From a virus, in UHGV virus genome UHGV-0208093: a stretch of 37,633 bases of DNA; one strand, written 5' to 3'. Of this stretch, positions 8,431 through 18,381 are shown piece after piece (position 1 is the first letter of the stretch; the number at the start of each line of letters is the position of its first letter). The notes under the pieces are model-generated. The model saw only the letters and a list, made by a program, of their open reading frames with translations. It did not search any database and was not told the DNA's origin. The position numbers and the translations under genes are program-made.

Positions 8431-10712
8431 ATCCCTCCTCTATGATATTTTCTTCTATTCTTGTTAGGCTTGTTTATTTTTTTTTCTAATTGTTCAATTT
8501 TTTCAATAAGCTGTTTATTAGTTAAACTGTTAAGCATCACTTGTTTATTCATATCTAAACTTAAATAGTGGTCTTCATTATGTTTAACACTTAAAAATGG
8601 TGAATATTGAGCAATTAGCCCAAGTTCTCTTTTATTAGAAGGCTGTTCTATTGGATTATTACTTTTATAGTTTTGCTTTCTATCAAATTCCACAAAGTTT
8701 AACTTTTTGGTTTCTTTGATACCATCAATCTTCGTATCTGTTATATTCTCCTTTAGCCGAACATCTGATTGATTTAGAATTGAAAAACCATTCATGTTTA
8801 AATTAGAGTAAAATCCTAAGTTAACATTGTTATTCACTGTAAATTTTGTACTAACACTAGTATTTACCAATGTTGAATTTTTTATTTCTCCAGACCCTCC
8901 AACATAACTTCCACCCATGTTTAAATTTGATATTTGAACCCCTGCGTCAAAAACTGTAAAGTGTCTCTCAACATCGTTCCCTGAGACTTTTTTTGCTCCG
9001 ACACTTGCTAACACTCCTGGTTCAGAATAAATATGGATTTCTTCTTTGCCTAAAGAAGTAGAAAATGCTCTACCCAGACCTCCTAACTTATTTAAAGTGC
9101 CTTCTTTGTTAAATCGCACACCATCAGAGTTTAGTTGCATCAATTCAATTTCTCTAGAATCATATATTGAAAATTTGTTAGCATCCATTGTTGATTTTAA
9201 AACATTATTATTGTAGTTCTTGATAGCTCCCTTTGACATTATAATTTTGTTATAGCCACTTTCACTTGTAATGTCACTACCTGTAATTGTCACACCTATA
9301 ATGTTAATAGCTCTCAATGTTCCTGTAGCCATCCTGTCTGCAACAATTAGCCCATTATTTGTCATTGCTAACTCATAGTTACCGTTATATCCAGTTGAGC
9401 TAAATCCCAGCCCTCCAACATTCCATCGCCAGACTTTTCTAGCAGTATTTATTCTTGTCGTATCCATAATTAATAGTTCTTGAGGATCTGCAAGCGACGG
9501 ATATATGAGCACATGACCTTTTCCTGGATTTTTGATAATATCAGATGCTTCTTTTTGCGCTTGTTCAAGCCAATCTATTTTGTCTGACAAATCATTAATA
9601 TTTTCTTTTGAGTCTTCAATTGCTTTAGCAAAATCAGTTCTCGCTTCACCTAATTCGATTGACTCATATTGATCTAAAGAAATATTCCACACAGTTTTTA
9701 CAATTTGTGCCGTTGTATTAATGTTTAATTGATTAAACGCAACCGTTACCCAATCACATAAATCTACAACCTCAAGGCTTTTAAGTTGTTCATCTGAGAC
9801 GGAACTCGCTAAGTCTACATAACTAGCTTTTATACTCACACGAGGAATCCCCACATTATTAGACTTAATAAACGATTTAACCATGCCGCGTAAAGCTTCA
9901 ACATCTTTTGGCTCTTTATCACTAAAATCAACCATTTGTATTCTACGTTCCGTATAATTACTGACATAGTCACTATCAATATATATTTCTGGTAGAGTGA
10001 TTACTTTTTCATCATCGCCATTACCGATTTTAGCCCAGCCATATATTGAAGTATACGTATTTTCAATGGATTCCTCTTGATTAATATCTGTTAAATTTTT
10101 ACCGTAGGCAATGACTACATTCGTATCGGTACCGGCTTTTGCTAACAAGCGAACTTGATTATTATTAAAAAGATATTCCCCACCGAAATTATCTAAAATT
10201 GAACCAGCGACACCGCCTAAAACTTCTTGCGCATTTTTATATTTTGCGGGGTCTGTAAAATCAATTGAAGATGTAGTCCCCACATCACTGTAAAAAGTAA
10301 AATCACTTTTAGGCTCCATCTGACTTCTTAATTGATTCAATGCTGTTTGTGCCGAAATATTAGAATATTTGGAACCGATTTTTACCATTGTGCGCAACAA
10401 TTTATAGCGATAATGCTCACAGTAAACAGTGACAATCCCTTTGATTGGTTTTGTAATTTGTGCAATTTCAAACCGTTGACTTTTAGCGACCAATGTCGGT
10501 CCAGCGTCAGCGACTATCCATCTTCCTACTTTCAGCTCATGAAACAAATTCCCTACCACTGGATACTGGAATGTCATATCATAAATACCATTACGTTCCC
10601 TTGTAGAAAGAGGATTTATTGCATCTTGTAAAGGACCTATGCCTAGGGAGTTCCAATTGTTATTTTTCTTATCATGTAAAATAATCGTGCTCATACGGCT
10701 AAAGTCCTCCAT
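8427..10712 (-). CDS. Tail-associated lysin / tail endopeptidase (Tal).
   Basis: 761 aa. Position after Dit. Coiled-coil C-terminus. Confidence 0.6.
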   Translation of the reverse strand: MEDFSRMSTIILHDKKNNNWNSLGIGPLQDAINPLSTRERNGIYDMTFQYPVVGNLFHELKVGRWIVADAGPTLVAKSQRFEIAQITKPIKGIVTVYCEHYRYKLLRTMVKIGSKYSNISAQTALNQLRSQMEPKSDFTFYSDVGTTSSIDFTDPAKYKNAQEVLGGVAGSILDNFGGEYLFNNNQVRLLAKAGTDTNVVIAYGKNLTDINQEESIENTYTSIYGWAKIGNGDDEKVITLPEIYIDSDYVSNYTERRIQMVDFSDKEPKDVEALRGMVKSFIKSNNVGIPRVSIKASYVDLASSVSDEQLKSLEVVDLCDWVTVAFNQLNINTTAQIVKTVWNISLDQYESIELGEARTDFAKAIEDSKENINDLSDKIDWLEQAQKEASDIIKNPGKGHVLIYPSLADPQELLIMDTTRINTARKVWRWNVGGLGFSSTGYNGNYELAMTNNGLIVADRMATGTLRAINIIGVTITGSDITSESGYNKIIMSKGAIKNYNNNVLKSTMDANKFSIYDSREIELMQLNSDGVRFNKEGTLNKLGGLGRAFSTSLGKEEIHIYSEPGVLASVGAKKVSGNDVERHFTVFDAGVQISNLNMGGSYVGGSGEIKNSTLVNTSVSTKFTVNNNVNLGFYSNLNMNGFSILNQSDVRLKENITDTKIDGIKETKKLNFVEFDRKQNYKSNNPIEQPSNKRELGLIAQYSPFLSVKHNEDHYLSLDMNKQVMLNSLTNKQLIEKIEQLEKKINKPNKNRRKYHRGGI

Positions 10713-11452
10713 TTTGGCTTAATTTTAAAATCAGTGATATAGGTATAATTGATAATGCTTTCGCCTGGGGGCAGAGTGATTGGGTTATAACCATCTGTAT
10801 TTAAAAAGCAATATTTTGTGATATTAAGGCCACCATCTTTATAAGCAATGCCTTCTTCGCAATCTAGCGTAATTTTTCCTGTTCCAGCTTCTTTTGCAAT
10901 CCTGAATTGTTGGCCATTAATATAAATATTACTATCTTGTGTACTACTAGTTTTATTGAAAGTTATAATTGGCAGACTAGAAAAAGCTTCTGGATTCCTA
11001 ATATCACCTCCACTTTTTATATCTCTTTCATCATCACCATCAAGACGAAAAACGAACGGCTGGCACTTAAAAACAAAATCAACATCTAACCAACTTCTTG
11101 TTTTGTCTGCCGCATCTACTTTGCTGTAGCCTAGCGCCTTATAATAGTATTCGCTATATTCACTAAAAATAAGCGGAGCGTAATCTTTTGATAAATAAAG
11201 CCACGCAGCTATATCTCTTAACTGCGCGGCAATAGTTGTATCTGCTTGTTTATACAATCGTACTGGAAAGACCTTCTCGATGTCTTTATATTTTCCTTTA
11301 TCATAAATGACATCAGAGCTCCTTCCATCTACCTCTGTAAACTGCAAAGCGGCTTCCGGAATAGTAAACGTCATTTCGTTTCTTATCCGCATAGCGAATT
11401 CATTCGATTGTTTCCCTCTAAATTGAAAATATGGATAGTTCGTTAAATCCAT
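10691..11452 (-). CDS. Distal tail protein (Dit).
   Basis: 253 aa, immediately downstream of the tape measure gene. Confidence 0.6.
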   Translation of the reverse strand: MDLTNYPYFQFRGKQSNEFAMRIRNEMTFTIPEAALQFTEVDGRSSDVIYDKGKYKDIEKVFPVRLYKQADTTIAAQLRDIAAWLYLSKDYAPLIFSEYSEYYYKALGYSKVDAADKTRSWLDVDFVFKCQPFVFRLDGDDERDIKSGGDIRNPEAFSSLPIITFNKTSSTQDSNIYINGQQFRIAKEAGTGKITLDCEEGIAYKDGGLNITKYCFLNTDGYNPITLPPGESIINYTYITDFKIKPKWRTLAV

Positions 11453-14400
11453 TATAGCCGCCCCCTTGTTTGTCGTTCTGTGAGTGTTGCCAATTGTTGA
11501 GAAGTTTCTTCAATTGATTTCTCATTAGAAAGATCTGCATGTTCAATGTTTATATTGATTGTAGGATTGTAGGTTTTCGCAAAGTTGCTATTATTTACAA
11601 TTTGGCTACCCAAATTAGCAGCGCCCATCATATTTGTGTTTAATGCTAATTCTGGACTAGTAAAGTTAAAATTTGAAAAAGCATTGTCAAATGAGAGTTC
11701 CTTAGAAATAGAATCTGCCATATTAGAAGTAAGATGTTTAACATTATCAAATCCTGCTATTATTCCCTTTTCTAAACCAAACATTAGTGCAGAACCATTA
11801 TCAATTAAAACTTTTTTATCATATGGAATTGGACCTTTTAAACTAGCGATAGTATCTGCGATACCACTAACAAAGCCTTTAACTTTTTCAAATCCCCATT
11901 TTATTCCTTTTAGTAATCCACCCATTAAAGATGTACCTGCATCCCATAGTTCATCTCCAACAATTGCAGAACCTAAACTATTTACTAATCTTTTTACTGC
12001 CTCTCTAGCCTCTTCTTTATTATTATCAATACCCTCTGCTAAACCATTAATTAATCGTATAGCTGCTTTCCACATTCTATCTGAGAAATTAATAATATTC
12101 TCAACTAATTTATCAACTAAATCTGCAGCAGCGTTTACTAATCTGTATAAATTATTTCCAATTCCTTCTATACATTTCACTACTAAATCCATACCTGCAT
12201 CAACGATTCGTGATAGATTATTAGAAATACCTTGTAGTATGCTAACGATTAACGTCACTCCGGCATCAATGATATCAGGCATTCTAGAAGATAATCCATT
12301 TAAGAAATTAATCATCAAATTAACAGCTGCATCGATAATATCTCCCATTCTATTACCGATTGCATTAACAAAATTAACGATAATACTAATTGCTTCATTA
12401 GTGACTCTGCCAATATTATTTGCAATTCCACGAAGAAAATTAACCAGCAAATTGAAACCTGCTTGCAAAATATCAGGCAAATATTTATTCAACTCTGAAA
12501 GCCACGTGATAATTAATGTAGCCATATTTTGCACTACTTTAGGTAATTGTTCTGTTATACCTTGAAGCAATGCATTTATTAAACTTGCTCCAGCTCCTAA
12601 CAACTTTGGTAATGCTTCAGTAAGTGAACCTAAAAAAGTAGTAATAATCGTCGTTGCTGATTCTATGATAGTCGGCATAACTAATAAGATACCGTTAGTC
12701 AGTGCATTGATTATTTGTACTGCAGATTGAGCAATGATAGGCAGCAGCGTGACTATTCCATTAGTAAACGCCATTATCAGTTCTCCCGCAGATACTACAA
12801 TGCTTGGCAATCCTTGTGCGATACCAGAAATAAAACCAGACACTACTTGTAAGGCTCCAGTAATAATACCTGGTAAAGCATTGGCAATCGCACCTAGAAT
12901 TCCTTGTAGCGCTGTACCAAAATTTGTACCTAATTGTGGCCCATAAGTCTTGATTCCTTCAGCTAATCCTTTAAAAGAATTCATAATTGTATCAATACCT
13001 TTATTTACATCTCCGCCACCCAGAGCTTTTGCTAGTAATTCAAAAACTTTTATAAAAAGACCAACGGGACCCATCATTCCTAGGATAACCATTTTAAGAA
13101 TTTTTAAACCTACACCAACTATATCAAATGATTTTCCAACTCTCTCAGTTGGGTTTATAAGTTTTTTTAGAGAATCTATCACATTTTTTATTGCTTTACC
13201 GATTTTCATGATATTTTGCTCACCTTTGACGGTGAATGCTCCTTCAAGAAAATTACCTAATTCGCTCATATTTTTAATTGAACCAGACATTATTTTTCCG
13301 ATTGCCTTTATCCCAAGTTTCATATCATTAATTTTTCCAGTAAAATTAATCATTCCTTGCCAAAGACTTTCAGGAAATAGCTTAATAAATTGAGACCTTA
13401 ATTCCGCGATTTTCTCTCCTGGACCATTGGTTAGCATTTCAACAAAGCCTTTACTTAAAAGCTTTAATCCTTTAAATACTTGATCAATGGGTTTCATGAA
13501 CGATTTTAAAGTCGACACCATTCCATCAACCTTATTCCTAAAAGTATCTGAAGTTTTATAAAAATAGATGAAAGCTGCGATTAATGCACCAATTCCAGCG
13601 ATAACTACAGCAAAAGGATTTGCCATCATAGCCACTTTCATTAATGAGAAAGCCGTTTTGACACCATTAATTGCTGTTTTAACACTGTTCATAATTCCGA
13701 TAGTTGCTTTGAAAGCAATAAAGCCTGCTATAGCACCAACAATAACAGAACCTAGAAATTTAATTATTTGAGCATTTTTACTAATAAGTTCAAACAATTT
13801 ATCAAAAATAGGAAATTTATCGCCAATTGAGTCTAATAGTTCTGCAAATGCCGCTTTTACATGAGGAATAGAAGCTTTGACAAAAGTAACAATCGCTCTT
13901 GGTAATGCTTTTAATATATTTCCAATCATGGGAATAAAGTTACCAAAAAGAAATGTGGCCGTTGTTTCTGCTAACTGATTTAAAGAAGGTTGGATATCTT
14001 GTCCAAGAGCCATTTTACCAAGTACATTAGATAAAGAAGCTTTCATAGCTGCGAATGAACCGCTAAGTGTCTCTGCCGCTTCTTTTGCTGTAGTTCCTGT
14101 GATATCAAGATTTTCTTGTATTGCGTGAATGGCATTGTATACATCACTTAGGTTACTAATATCATATTTAACGCCTGTAAGTTTTTCGGCATCAGAGAGT
14201 AGTCGTTGCATCTCTTCTTTTGTACCACCGTAACCTAATTTCAAGTTATCAAGCATTGTATAGTTTTGCTTTGCAAAACCTTGATAGGCATTTTGAATAT
14301 CTTGCATATTTGTACCCATTTTGTTGGCGTTGTCAGACATATCAATCATAGCCATATTTGCAACATCTGCTGCTTTTTCTGTATCGCCACCAACAGATTG

Positions 14401-14772
14401 TAGTAAACTAGCGCTAAAACTTGTTACGTTTTCCATATATGCATTCGCTGATAACCCAGATGTTTTATACGCTTCATCTGCATACTTTTTTACTTTGTCC
14501 GCACTACCTTTGAATAATGTTTCAATCCCACCGAGGGATTGTTGTAGATTTGCTCCTTCTGAAATTGCGGTAGAGAATGCAGTTTTAATTGATGAAATAG
14601 CTTTGCCTACAACTGCAGAAGCAACTTTTACTAATCCCATTGAGATAGCTAAATTTTTTATAGAAAAACCAGCTTTGTCACTACTGCCTTCCAATTGATC
14701 TAGCTGGCTGTTAAGCCCAGCTACACTTTTACCATTAACATCAACATCAATTACAACTTGCCCATCAGCCAT
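11452..14772 (-). CDS. Tape measure protein, with about 11 internal tandem repeats of roughly 20 aa.
   Basis: 1106 aa. Repeats of the form xIIDAxVNLxxNFLxGIxNNxxR. Hydrophobic segments. Position after the chaperone pair. Confidence 0.9.
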   Translation of the reverse strand: MADGQVVIDVDVNGKSVAGLNSQLDQLEGSSDKAGFSIKNLAISMGLVKVASAVVGKAISSIKTAFSTAISEGANLQQSLGGIETLFKGSADKVKKYADEAYKTSGLSANAYMENVTSFSASLLQSVGGDTEKAADVANMAMIDMSDNANKMGTNMQDIQNAYQGFAKQNYTMLDNLKLGYGGTKEEMQRLLSDAEKLTGVKYDISNLSDVYNAIHAIQENLDITGTTAKEAAETLSGSFAAMKASLSNVLGKMALGQDIQPSLNQLAETTATFLFGNFIPMIGNILKALPRAIVTFVKASIPHVKAAFAELLDSIGDKFPIFDKLFELISKNAQIIKFLGSVIVGAIAGFIAFKATIGIMNSVKTAINGVKTAFSLMKVAMMANPFAVVIAGIGALIAAFIYFYKTSDTFRNKVDGMVSTLKSFMKPIDQVFKGLKLLSKGFVEMLTNGPGEKIAELRSQFIKLFPESLWQGMINFTGKINDMKLGIKAIGKIMSGSIKNMSELGNFLEGAFTVKGEQNIMKIGKAIKNVIDSLKKLINPTERVGKSFDIVGVGLKILKMVILGMMGPVGLFIKVFELLAKALGGGDVNKGIDTIMNSFKGLAEGIKTYGPQLGTNFGTALQGILGAIANALPGIITGALQVVSGFISGIAQGLPSIVVSAGELIMAFTNGIVTLLPIIAQSAVQIINALTNGILLVMPTIIESATTIITTFLGSLTEALPKLLGAGASLINALLQGITEQLPKVVQNMATLIITWLSELNKYLPDILQAGFNLLVNFLRGIANNIGRVTNEAISIIVNFVNAIGNRMGDIIDAAVNLMINFLNGLSSRMPDIIDAGVTLIVSILQGISNNLSRIVDAGMDLVVKCIEGIGNNLYRLVNAAADLVDKLVENIINFSDRMWKAAIRLINGLAEGIDNNKEEAREAVKRLVNSLGSAIVGDELWDAGTSLMGGLLKGIKWGFEKVKGFVSGIADTIASLKGPIPYDKKVLIDNGSALMFGLEKGIIAGFDNVKHLTSNMADSISKELSFDNAFSNFNFTSPELALNTNMMGAANLGSQIVNNSNFAKTYNPTININIEHADLSNEKSIEETSQQLATLTERQTRGRL

Positions 14773-15346
14773 CTTCTTCCTCCTCTCCTAAGTCAGTATT
14801 AGGTAAGGCATATTTCCTTTTTAACTCTCGCATTCGACGTTTTTCTTTACTTGATTCCCCTTTTTGAGGTTCCCAATTCCTAATCTGAATAATCCTCTGC
14901 ATAATACAATTATCTGGTAGACTCTCTAAAAGTGCTTGAAACTCTTCCCAACTCATTTTTCCTTGTTCTTCGAAAAGATTAATACCAATTTGACGAAAAG
15001 AAGCATAGATATACTTGGCATCATAAACCAAATCTATATCTTTACTATTTATTTTAGTTGGTAATTCATTGCCTAATTCATCAGTTTCAACTTCGGAATG
15101 TTGACCTAAAAGCAGGTATTCATCATAAACGTATTTAAACATTTCAAATTTTTGTAGTATATCTAAATCAACTTCCCCAACTAAGATTAGAATCGAAAGT
15201 TCAATCTTATCTTCTAATATCAAACTCTCATCTTGTATTATTTCAAAAACATCAAGGACATGATCAAACGCTAAGTTTATTGGAAATTCTTTGCTCAAAA
15301 ACGAAAAGGATGTAGTCAGCGGATTATTCAACCGCATAATACTCAT
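14765..15346 (-). CDS. Tail assembly chaperone (gpT-like). It is in the -1 frame relative to the upstream chaperone, but it has its own ATG/SD that overlaps the upstream stop (ATGA).
   Basis: Acidic protein between the major tail protein and the tape measure. A 4-nt start/stop overlap with 15343..15762. Confidence 0.55.
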   Translation of the reverse strand: MSIMRLNNPLTTSFSFLSKEFPINLAFDHVLDVFEIIQDESLILEDKIELSILILVGEVDLDILQKFEMFKYVYDEYLLLGQHSEVETDELGNELPTKINSKDIDLVYDAKYIYASFRQIGINLFEEQGKMSWEEFQALLESLPDNCIMQRIIQIRNWEPQKGESSKEKRRMRELKRKYALPNTDLGEEEEDG

Positions 15347-15762
15347 CCTTTCTTTTTGCTAACTTTTTTTAGATATTCTTGTTTTAATTTTTTTGATTTT
15401 TTACCACGCTCATCTAATAATTCAGTCTGTTTCTTAGTGTATTCTTCAATAGATTCACTAATACCTACTGATAAATCGTAAAAGGCGTTTAGCCATGCGA
15501 TTATGTCTGGGATGTCTTTATACAAAATTGCAAACGTACCTTCACCAAGTACGGAATCATACCCTTTTGTCAACACAGAAATATATAATTCATCACTCAT
15601 TTCCTCAGAATTTTCATCTAAGTCTTTCAGTTCTTGTACGACTTTATCGTACGTTTCTTCATATTCTTTTATATGCTCTAATGAACAATCAAAGAAAAAT
15701 TCGTGCCCAGCAATTTTCACTGGAAAACCAGTACGCTCTACTTTAATCTCTAATGCTTTCAT
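15343..15762 (-). CDS. Tail assembly chaperone (gpG-like).
   Basis: 139 aa acidic protein upstream of the tape measure. Lysine-rich C-terminus with AAAAAA/AAAAAG runs. Confidence 0.55.
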   Translation of the reverse strand: MKALEIKVERTGFPVKIAGHEFFFDCSLEHIKEYEETYDKVVQELKDLDENSEEMSDELYISVLTKGYDSVLGEGTFAILYKDIPDIIAWLNAFYDLSVGISESIEEYTKKQTELLDERGKKSKKLKQEYLKKVSKKKG

Positions 15763-15890
15763 TTAATTACCTCCATAAAAAAGGACAGCCAAATAGCTGC
15801 CCTTATTTTCGTATTTATGCTTGATTATTTAGTGTTAAGGTATGTTGTGCTGTTTTCTTACCATCCTCTGTTTCGCCTTTGGTAACATAA

Positions 15891-16268
15891 TTACCAGCCG
15901 GTACTTGCTTCTGTCCAAGTAATATAACCTGTTTCAGAGACAGCAAGACCTTCTGTTACAGGCGTAATAGAATAGTTTACTTTTTTATTTGTAGCATTTT
16001 CAGGCAAAACAGTTGCTGTGATTTGTCGGCTACTTGCTGTACCCGCATTTGCTGTGGACGTTTTAGGAGAAAACTCTAAGCCTGTTACAGCAATTGGCGA
16101 TGTTTTAAATGACGGTACATCTACTTTTTCGCCGCCGTCTGCAAAACCTACTTTGTATGTTCCTGATGGAACGTCGGTGTTTGGCTCAATACCTGTAATT
16201 TCTAGAGGGCTTGGACTAGCCGGAACAATGACTTCCTCACCTTTATAAACAATATACTCTCTAGCCAT
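15891..16268 (-). CDS. Ig-like (Big_2-type) domain protein. Decoration or tail-associated.
   Basis: Beta-rich sequence ...ITATVLPENATNKKVNYSITPVTEGLAVSETGYITW. Own SD AAAGGAG. Immediately after the major tail protein gene. Confidence 0.55.
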   Translation of the reverse strand: MAREYIVYKGEEVIVPASPSPLEITGIEPNTDVPSGTYKVGFADGGEKVDVPSFKTSPIAVTGLEFSPKTSTANAGTASSRQITATVLPENATNKKVNYSITPVTEGLAVSETGYITWTEASTGW

Positions 16269-16341
16269 TCTTATTCTCCTTTCTCCATTTCAATGATTAC
16301 CCCAGTTTTAGTCGGAGTCATTTTACCGATTACTGGGGTTA

Positions 16342-16821
16342 TTATACTTTTGGGGTGATATTAGGTAAGGTATCAAAGGTAATCGTGCAGCTGAAATCTT
16401 CATACTCTGTCGCATCTCCTGCACCAGCGACAATATCTGTTACTGTTGCACGCCCTACATAAGTATCGCCATTCGTCATAATAATTTTATGCCAAATCTT
16501 ACGATTTTCTCCAATTTTGTATTTTTTACTTGCAATTAATTTTTGTGCGGGATCTTCTGGGTCATAAAATCCTTCAGGACTATAAGCACCAGAAACAGAA
16601 GTCACTGTAGTTTCTGGTGTACCATCGCCATCATAGAAACCTGCATCGTCCGTTTCTTCATCGGTATCATCGCCAATTGAACTAATGTACTTGGCAAGAC
16701 GTTTCCACTCTAACTCGGTAGTTGGTGCTGTTTCTTTCCCAGGTACATACTCAGCAATAAAATGCTGCCGTTTTGCATTTTTGTTCCGTGCAAACATTTG
16801 AATATTCATTTTTAATAACAT
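16342..16821 (-). CDS. Major tail protein. Its 3' end carries a -1 frameshift site; see findings.
   Basis: 159 aa. Position upstream of the chaperone pair and tape measure. Typical major-tail-protein sequence features. Confidence 0.75.
   Translation of the reverse strand: MLLKMNIQMFARNKNAKRQHFIAEYVPGKETAPTTELEWKRLAKYISSIGDDTDEETDDAGFYDGDGTPETTVTSVSGAYSPEGFYDPEDPAQKLIASKKYKIGENRKIWHKIIMTNGDTYVGRATVTDIVAGAGDATEYEDFSCTITFDTLPNITPKV
16348..16354 (-). promoter_or_regulatory. -1 programmed frameshift slippery heptamer C CCA AAA, two codons before the major tail stop. A stem-loop CCCCAG/CTGGGG (16300..16338) lies 9 nt downstream. The -1 frame encodes a 26-aa extension ending at 16271.
   Basis: Same heptamer and register as the capsid gene. 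A downstream hairpin with covarying stem bases. Confidence 0.6.
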
Positions 16822-17219
16822 TAATTTTCCTCCTTAAATGTGGTTAATTTTGCTTGAAAATCTAATAAAAAAACGAACCAACCTTGTTCATCAGCTTCAT
16901 TAATGAACGGTTTGCTCGTTATCATTAAATTATTACACTCAAAAGAGCCATCTTTACTTGATAATTCTTCAATACTTTCTAATACATCTGAAAGAAGCCA
17001 CAACGTATGCTCTAACTTATTACCGTCTTTTGATTTCATAGCAATTTCATAGTTTAACAACTCGTCTTTGATTCCGTCATAATATTCGGTTTCTACCTTA
17101 CCGCCCGGTAATGAGTAAATCACTAAACTTTCTAGTGCTGAAAGGTATCCTTTCCGGATATTTAACGGCAAATTTGGAATCTGATTTATCCTTTCGTTTA
17201 AACAATCAAGAAAATCCAT
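16821..17219 (-). CDS. Tail completion / tail terminator-like protein.
   Basis: 132 aa, position between the head-tail joining genes and the major tail protein. Confidence 0.4.
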   Translation of the reverse strand: MDFLDCLNERINQIPNLPLNIRKGYLSALESLVIYSLPGGKVETEYYDGIKDELLNYEIAMKSKDGNKLEHTLWLLSDVLESIEELSSKDGSFECNNLMITSKPFINEADEQGWFVFLLDFQAKLTTFKEEN

Positions 17220-17545
17220 TATTTAATACCCGCTCCTTTCAAAAAGGCACGTTCCCACGAATTCATATAAGCACCTTTTGCTTTTAAATCCCACCGTGGT
17301 CCAGTCCCAGGCGTAGTATATTTTTTTCCATTTAGATAAAATTGGCGTTTCGCATATTTTGTACCATAAATAATCTTTTCACCTTCACTTGATAAATGAG
17401 CGCTTTGCCTTAAACTATTATTTTTTCGTGGTACAAATTGATTCATATCTGCCATCGCTTGATTACCAAGCGCATATCTGCCTCGTCTCATTGCCTCAGG
17501 GCTTACTTTGGTTCTTACACCGCTTAAATTCACCTTAATCCCCAT
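17219..17545 (-). CDS. Head-tail joining protein (HK97 gp10-like).
   Basis: 108 aa, position and size. Confidence 0.4.
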   Translation of the reverse strand: MGIKVNLSGVRTKVSPEAMRRGRYALGNQAMADMNQFVPRKNNSLRQSAHLSSEGEKIIYGTKYAKRQFYLNGKKYTTPGTGPRWDLKAKGAYMNSWERAFLKGAGIK

Positions 17546-17886
17546 CAGACTACCTCAATCTCATACGAGTAGACATCATTCGAATAGGCTTCAATTACGG
17601 TATCAACTTTAGTGATTACGTGTTCTTTGTCATCGTAAATAACTACTGATTGTTCTTTGAACTCAGGCAAAGGCGTAGTCAATTCGTGATAACAGAAAAT
17701 CAATCCGTTATAAAGCAATTGTTTGCCACTTGATGAAAAAGTATATTGGCTTCCTCTGTCAATTCGGCAATACTCAATAAGGATCGGTTCCTTGTATACT
17801 GGCTTGTTCCAATCGCCCTCCCCTAAGTACTCTTTATACTCAAAGGAATCAACTAAGAATTTTTTGGGTGGCTTTGGCATTAGCAT
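17545..17886 (-). CDS. Head closure / head-tail adaptor protein.
   Basis: 113 aa, position after the connector. Confidence 0.4.
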   Translation of the reverse strand: MLMPKPPKKFLVDSFEYKEYLGEGDWNKPVYKEPILIEYCRIDRGSQYTFSSSGKQLLYNGLIFCYHELTTPLPEFKEQSVVIYDDKEHVITKVDTVIEAYSNDVYSYEIEVV

Positions 17887-18284
17887 GACGAAACACCTCG
17901 ATATAACAAACCTGTACCTTCCAGATACAAATAAACGTCTTCGGCAGTTAACGACTTACTTTCGTTATTTCCAGAAGGATTGTAGCGACTGGCATTAGAA
18001 ATACTCGTACGGCCTGCTGAAAAGCTTTGAGGGGCATTGTTGATACTTTCATACGTATCCGCACCAACATCGACAAAATACATTATTTGCGCACACAGAG
18101 CGAGTTTAAACTGTTTCACTCTAAATTGCCTAGAATCTTTCATTATATCATTGAACTGATAAAAGTAATTCGTTACGTTATCAATCGCTGCGGTGGCTTT
18201 TACTAAATATTTGTCAAAGTTATCTTTATATTCATCTGCGGCGCCTGTAAGCTCTTTAAACTCTTCAAAATCAATATAGGACAT
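17880..18284 (-). CDS. Head-tail connector (gp6-like) protein.
   Basis: 134 aa. SD AGGAGG upstream. First gene after the capsid gene terminator. Confidence 0.5.
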   Translation of the reverse strand: MSYIDFEEFKELTGAADEYKDNFDKYLVKATAAIDNVTNYFYQFNDIMKDSRQFRVKQFKLALCAQIMYFVDVGADTYESINNAPQSFSAGRTSISNASRYNPSGNNESKSLTAEDVYLYLEGTGLLYRGVSSC

Positions 18285-18302
18285 CTTAGATTCCTCCTAA
18301 AA

Positions 18303-18329
18303 AAAGAAGGAGACTAAGCTCCTTCTTCC
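18303..18329 (-). terminator. Intrinsic terminator after the major capsid gene and its extension (GAAGAAGGAG...CTCCTTCTT, then T7). Probably leaky.
   Basis: Perfect 9-bp stem followed by a T-run on the minus strand. Confidence 0.6.
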
Positions 18330-18381
18330 ATTTCAATAACAACCCCGCTTGTTGTCGGCGTTAGTTTACCAACTTTCGGGG

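Noticed and set aside
12050-12700. Tandem DNA repeats within the tape measure gene as a possible mobile or hypervariable element.
   Set aside because: They correspond to the well-known roughly 20-aa protein repeats of tape measure proteins, which set tail length. There are no flanking recombination signatures.
11585-14698. Several long plus-strand ORFs (326, 147, 125, 70 and 67 aa) inside the tape-measure gene.
   Set aside because: They run antisense to a clearly coding, repeat-rich gene of over 1100 codons. They have low-complexity Pro/Ile/Ser-rich translations and no RBS. They are typical artefacts of antisense open frames in AT-rich repetitive coding DNA.
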